From the NCBI RefSeq assembly GCF_009914755.1, contig NC_060940.1: a stretch of DNA of 64,000 nucleotides; one strand, given 5' to 3'. Position 1 is the stretch's first letter. Each line of letters begins with the position of its first letter. Positions 56,701-64,000 of the stretch are shown piece by piece. The stretch comes from the human T2T-CHM13v2.0 reference genome, Homo sapiens. Below the pieces are notes generated by a model. The model was not told where the DNA came from. It did no database searches and saw only the letters and a list, made by a program, of their open reading frames with translations. A program made the translations under genes and the position numbers.

Positions 56701-57551
56701 CCCCATGGATTTACATCTTCCCTTTCCTTGACAAATTGGAATTATGGAACACTGAACTCAAATTACCACCTGGCAGCTGTCAATGAAGACGAATAGCAGC
56801 TGCTCATTTGAGTTGGGCCACATGCTCTTCAGTTCACCTCAGTCAACGCCACTTCCTATTGTTTCCCACCTAGCTCACTTCACTCTGATTTAACCTGCTG
56901 GGCACTGAAGGCATCAGAGTTTGCAACCACCTTCAAGGTCTTCAAAGCCTCACTCCACATATTTAATCAGGGTTAGGTTTCTGTCTTGCCTCCCTAAAAC
57001 AGTAAAAAGAGATTTAATAGGGCCAGCATTGCCTTTATAGAGAAGTATTAATGGTGAGATATGGAATAAGATTTCCCTGAGCTTAAAGGTCTCTCCTACC
57101 TAAATGACCTCCACCTGAAATCTGATTCTCACTCTCTCTTGCCATTCCTTTAAGGTTCAGCCTGAAGAGCACCTCCTCCAAGAAACCCTCTCAGAGGCCT
57201 CCACCTTCATGAATCAACCTAAACATTAATAGCAAAGGTTAATGCCCTGAATCCTGAGCCCGCATTCCCACATGGTGGCTGTCAGTGAATATGAATATCA
57301 GCTGCCTGCTTGATATGGGCCATGTGATCCAGACAGGCTTCGGAGAGTCCATGTACCCAGATGAAATGGAATGTGAAATATTGTGTGTATATATGCCTTT
57401 CTGCATTTGGATGCAGATAGTTGATGGTGTTCATCGGATCTCCAGATGGATTTGTGGACACAGACAACTTTAAGAACCACTAATTTTTGTCACAGGATAT
57501 GTTGGAACTTACTTTTTCTATTTTATTATAGTTAATTGTTATATTTATTTA

Positions 57552-57950
57552 TGTGTCAGGCAAGATCGTATTCTTCCCACAGTAACAAACAACTCCAACG
57601 TCTCAGGAGCTTATAACAATAAATGTTTAATTCTCACATAAAATTCACTATGATTCTAGATGATTCTCCTAGTCTGCTGTCTTCTATGCAATGAGTCAGC
57701 TCAAACTTTTATTACAACTCATGTTTCAATAATTGCCAAGACAAGGGAAGAGAGGGCTGGCTGAAGAATCTCACACCAAGCAATCAAATTCTTCTTCCTG
57801 AAAGCAACATGTCATCTTCTCCTGCATTTCACTGGGCAAAGCAAGTAACATGTTCTTATCCAATCTGGAGCGGGCAAGTAAGTTCAAACCTCCTATGTGC
57901 CCAAAAGAAGAGAACTAAAAACATCAGTGGACAGCATTATTGTCAAACAC
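57552..57950 (-). mobile_element. Old MaLR LTR (MLT1J/K-like)
   Basis: CAGTAACAAACAACTCC...GCTTATAACAATAAATG...CATTTCACTGGGCAAAGCAAGTAACATG. Confidence 0.55.
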
Positions 57951-58009
57951 AATGTACCTGCTTCCTGGTTCAGCTCATTCATCCCTGACAAGAATATCGT
58001 GTTGACTTA

Positions 58010-59335
<1,326 letters not shown>

Positions 59336-59394
59336 TTTTATACTCCACTATGTTATGATATGACATGACATAAAGTACAATGTAAGATATAATG

Positions 59395-59605
59395 TATAAG
59401 AAGAGACTTGGGTTTGAATCCCAGCTCACCACTTATTACCTGTAGGACTCTATATCTCTCTAGGCCTCAGTTTCCTCATTGGTACAATGGGAGAAATAAT
59501 AGATCCCTTCCTATAGGCTTATTGTGGATAAATGCAATAAGTACAGCTCTTAGAACAGCATCTGGCACAAAGTAAGTGTTCAATACATACTAGATGTTAT
59601 TATAC
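59395..59605 (+). mobile_element. MIR SINE remnant
   Basis: GGTTTGAATCCCAGCTCACCACTT...GCCTCAGTTTCCTCATTGGTACAATGGG...CTGGCACAAAGTAAGTGTTCAATA. Confidence 0.85.
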
Positions 59606-59788
59606 TTCTTTATCCTTTTCAGTTCCTGGCACAGAGAAGACCCTGTATACATTTTTTAGTCGAGATGGAATGGTTATTATTATTTTAAACCAATCATTTC
59701 AGAGGTTAAGATTTACATTTGGCAGCTTCCATTGCAGGATTTCTGGGGCATCTCATCCATTATTAGGCAAATAGAAATAATCATTCTG

Positions 59789-60150
59789 TGTATTAGTCCA
59801 TTCTCACACTGCTATAGAGACACTACTGGAGATTGGGTGATTTATAAACGAAAGAATTTTAACTGACTCACAGTTCCACAAGGCTTGGGAGGCCTCAGGA
59901 AACTTACAATTATAGCAAAAGGGGGAGAGGAAGAAAGGACCTTCTTCACATGACAGCAGGAGAGGGAAGAGCAAGCAAGAGTAGGGAAAACTGTCTTATA
60001 AAACCATCAGATCTCATGAGAACTCACCCATTATCTGGAGAACAGCATGGGGGAAACTGTTCCTATGATCCAATCACCTCCCACCTTTGAGACGTGGTGA
60101 TTACAATTCAAAATGAGATTTGGGTGGGGGCAAAAAGCCTAACTATATCA
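59789..60150 (-). mobile_element. THE1/MST solo LTR
   Basis: TGTATTAGTCCATTCTCACACTGCTAT...CCTAACTATATCA; 5-bp TSD TTCTG/TTCTA. Confidence 0.9.
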
Positions 60151-60199
60151 TTCTAGCATCTAAATGTGAAGGTCACCTTTTGGGATACAAGGAAAGGCA

Positions 60200-60405
60200 T
60201 GATTACAGTGTGGTTAGAACACTAGCTCTGGATTTCAGATCTTAACTTGACCACCAGTAGCAGGGTGATCCATTTTTTAACCACTTGATCTTCCTCACCT
60301 GCAAAGTGGGTATAGTGCCAGTATATACCTCAATGATAATTCAAAAGTCTACATTCAGTAAACTCCCTGGCACATAGTAAGGGCTCAATAAATATGTGTC
60401 ATCAT
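60200..60405 (+). mobile_element. MIR SINE remnant
   Basis: GTGGTTAGAACACTAGCTCTGG...TTCCTCACCTGCAAAGTGGG...CTGGCACATAGTAAGGGCTCAATAAAT. Confidence 0.75.
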
Positions 60406-62265
60406 TATACAAGATAATAAAGGAAGAAGTCTAGCTGCTAGTATGGACAGATTCCCTTTGATAAGAAAATGCATTCAAAAATCTTCTTCTCCCATCCTAG
60501 CTTGGAGGATTTCCTGGCTCCTTTATAGGCACTAGAGATAAAGGAAGAGACAGAAATTCCTTCTTCCTCAATCCTACTGTTTAGAAGTGGGTGGGGGCTG
60601 GGGCCTCAGGTCCTAGCCTTGGCATCTGGGCCCATTGCCTCTCAGAGCAACTTCTCCCCCATCCCGTGCCACTCACAGGCCAAAAGGGTTAGGGGAGGTG
60701 GGTCTGAGCAGATGACCTCTGGGACTCACAGGTCAAACACAGGCTGGGAAGGGGAGAGACCGAAGGAGCAGCAGCTGCTATTTGCTGGGCTGTGCTCCCT
60801 TGGAATTATTTGTTTAAGTTTCAATGAAATGATTTTAATGTAGTGGATCTATATTTTATGTTCAGTTTTTTCAAGAAAAGATTTTCAATCTGCAGTTTAT
60901 TTCAGAAAAGCCCCAGTCCTCCCTTGAGGTTGTTGATAGTAACGTAAGTACTCAATTATTTGGTCTGATAGGAGAACAATTGTTCAGGGTCACAGACCTG
61001 ACCAGGAAATCCCAACATCAACCACCAAGACCATTCCTTCTGCTTTGATAATTATTTTAAACAAATAATATAGTTCCATGATTCTAAATTCTAAATCTAC
61101 CCCCAAATTTTCTCCTACTTATCCTCATCTCTAGTTCATTCCATAAAGGCGATGACTTTATTAGTTTCCAGATTTTATTTCTGAATCTTCCTAAAGTATT
61201 ATTAATGTCTAATCATAAAAATATGTAAATATACACCCTGTTGTTGTTGTTTTCTGTAGTTCTTTTTAATAGGAAGTATTTCTCAGGCCCCCAGATAGCT
61301 GCTATATTTTTACTTCCATATGCTAAAATACGTACTGAATTTAGTGGCACTTTAAATGAACTAGTGTTTTATTAATAACAACATCTGCATTCATTTTAAC
61401 AACTTCTCTTGTAGGTGTTTAAGAACACCTATACTTCACTGTATCATGCAGCATCTAAAAGGAATGAGGTAGCTCTATCTGTATCAGCGCTAAAAGATCT
61501 ACTAAAAAGAAACAACTTTAGAAATAACCACTTACACTATAAAAGCAATGATATGAAAACCATCCCCAAAATACTCCAAATTCATTGGGCACCTACACAC
61601 AAGCATACAACACTCTCTTGAGAGTTATATACCAAACCAAGAACAACGGGGAAGGGAACGAAATGGAAGGGAGTCAGGGATAAATAGTCCAAAGGGCCAT
61701 TAGCTGAGAACACACAGCACTGGGACAGGCCATTAGGCAGCACTCATCCTTTATGGCTGGCGTCCACCCGATTGGCCATATCACATGTGGAACTGTTGTT
61801 AGGTATTTTGAATATTATCCGTGGTCATTAGCCTTATCTTTACTGTTCAAATATTCTTAGCAAATGAATTCATATATTTCTTTTAAAATTAAAAATTATA
61901 TATAGAAAAGATTGTACATGCCAGACGTATGTATTTCATCCACCAAAAGACTTGAGAGTTCATGGCTTTGTAGTCCAGAGACTGCAATCTACTGATTCAT
62001 TCCACAAATCCATAATTTTCCAAAAGCTCAACACCTCCATCTGGACTCAAAAGTACATCAGAACCCCACCTCCAACCTTGAAATGGCCTCTCCATGTGTG
62101 GAGGTAGATTAAGCCCCTATTGTTCAAATCCCAATCCAATCTTCATTCTCAGCCTAAGACACTTGGGCAATGAGAAATAGGGAAAGAGGGCCCCTCTTCG
62201 GTCATTCCCACCTAACAAGCTGCAAAAGCAAAAATTGTTCATCAGAAATCATCTCTGACAACTTA

Positions 62266-62467
62266 TAGGGATCGGTAAACTTTTTCACAAGGGTCCAACT
62301 AGTAAATATCTTAGGTTTTGTGGGCCAGATGGTCCCTGTGAAAATCACTCAACTCTGCCATTGTAACACAATACTAAAAACAGGGAAATGAATGGGTGTG
62401 ACTGTGTTCCAATAACACATTCTTTACAAAAACAGCCTCCAGCAGGACATGCTTCACAAACTCCTGA
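62266..62467 (+). mobile_element. MER58A DNA transposon remnant
   Basis: GGTAAACTTTTT...TAGTAAATATCTTAGGTTTTGTGGGCCA...ACTCAACTCTGCCATTGTA...GAATGGGTGTGACTGTGTTCCAATAA. Confidence 0.88.
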
Positions 62468-64000
62468 GGCTGACAAGTACTATTGCCAATACCTTGTCTC
62501 TCTCTAACTCATCACTGGCCTGAAGTAGCAAAACCCCAAAGCCAGATGGAGAGTCTCAATCCAAAATAACATCTTCTACATTAGGAGATCTGTACAGAGT
62601 AAAGGGCTGCAAAGCGCTTCCATCCCAGCATTGCCCAGTGACCTCAGAGATAAAGGACTCTCTGGGACTAGGTAATGTTCAACTTCCTGTACTCAAGGAA
62701 TTTCAGGTCCTCAGTGTACACAAACTGACCCCAGACATCAACACAAGAGCTGGATATGGAAGAGAAGTTTCAATTTTGGTTCTCAAATCTGTATTTCTCT
62801 CTACATTGAATGCTTGTCTCCTTAATTTAAGTAGAAGCATAGAGAACTGAAATGTAGAAGTCAGTCACAAATCCTACCTGGGTTGGGCAGACTTTCCCTG
62901 ATAAGACCCTATCTATTGTAAAGCTCCCACATCACACAAGAAATCTATCTTTATCTTAAGTAATAAGCATTATGCCAGTCAATCTTTCTGTGGCAGGTTG
63001 ACACATCATTAAACCAAGGCATGAGGATTAAAAAAAAAGGCCCCATCAAACCATCACAACTCCCATTTCTTTTATATGTAACAATGCAATAAAGGTAACT
63101 CTTAAAATTGCAGATGTCCTGCATTCAGCCTGATCAGATGGGGTTATTCCAGGTTTTCTCCAAAATTGCAATGCCAATTGGGGTACCAGTTTCAAAGATA
63201 ATACTAAGTAAGTAGCTCAAGGAACTGAAGAAAAAAAGAAACATAACAGAGAAAATCATTTTCAACTCCTACTAGAAACTGTTGAAAGCTTTTTTTGTAC
63301 CCAATTAGAGATTAGAGAAGGTGGAGGAAGATCTAAACATCGTGATTAGCGTGTTATTTTTTTTTCTTCTTGCTCCCAATTAAAGAGGGGTTTCTTCTTT
63401 CACTAGAGATGCACAGTTATTAAATCATGATGTCTTTCTTTTAAAAACCAATTTATAGCAGAGGGCTCCTCCATACCACTGCCACTTCTGCAAGGTTGCT
63501 TATAATTGCTCCATGCAATGCTTTGACTAATTAAATCACAGGAGATTGTTTCTTAGTAACACACCTGGTCCACTCTTTGTTGTTGGCTTTCATTAAAGCA
63601 CGGTGTCTCATGCTGCCTCATAGCATGAAAGGATATTAATCAGGTAAATGGCCATTAAAAGTCATATCAGTGTTTGCTGTGCAGTGATTGTTTTCTCAAA
63701 TCTTGAACAAAGGAGGTTTCTTTGAAATCTCAGGGCTGGCCTCCAATCACAGGGAGAATAACCAGGTTGAAATGCTTTGTTTTTCAACCTTACCAAGAAG
63801 AAGAAAAAAGGAACAAAATGCAAGATGTGGCAAGAAGTTAAATTATATTTTTTGCACCACTGAGCTATTTGGGACAAAGAGGGACAAGGTGAACAAACTG
63901 CAATCAGTGTATGGCAAGTGGGGGACAACAGATAGGAAGTGTTTTCTAATGGCCCCCATTCCCTGGGAGAGCAAAGCTCGACTTTGGAGGCATTGCTGCT

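Noticed and set aside
59395-59440. tRNA-like B-box (GGTTTGAATCC)
   Set aside because: Head of a MIR SINE; no cloverleaf.

Overview
Primate (human-like) non-coding genomic DNA, AT-rich and CpG-depleted, with no CpG island and no supportable protein-coding gene, RNA gene or CRISPR array. Much of the window is interspersed repeat: two young 5'-truncated L1PA copies (2534-3245 +; ~22866-25825 -), older L1PA/L1M pieces, about ten Alus or Alu monomers (several with clear target-site duplications), many MIR and L2 remnants, MaLR/ERVL solo LTRs (MLT1, MLT2, MST, THE1), and hAT-type MER elements (MER5, MER20, MER53, MER58). The only ORFs resembling real proteins are decayed L1 ORF2 fragments and a HERV-H-like integrase fragment. 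The most unusual item is an isolated, LTR-less ~1.3 kb HERV-H-like pol fragment (43684-44996) with internal deletions removing catalytic residues. The repeat-free stretches hold a near-consensus CTCF motif (19336-19350) and several motif-dense blocks (RFX, homeodomain, PBX/MEIS, SOX) that could be developmental enhancers. I see no evidence of a previously undescribed multi-gene system. Repeat subfamily names and old-repeat boundaries come from recall of consensus sequences and are approximate; the genomic locus was not identified.
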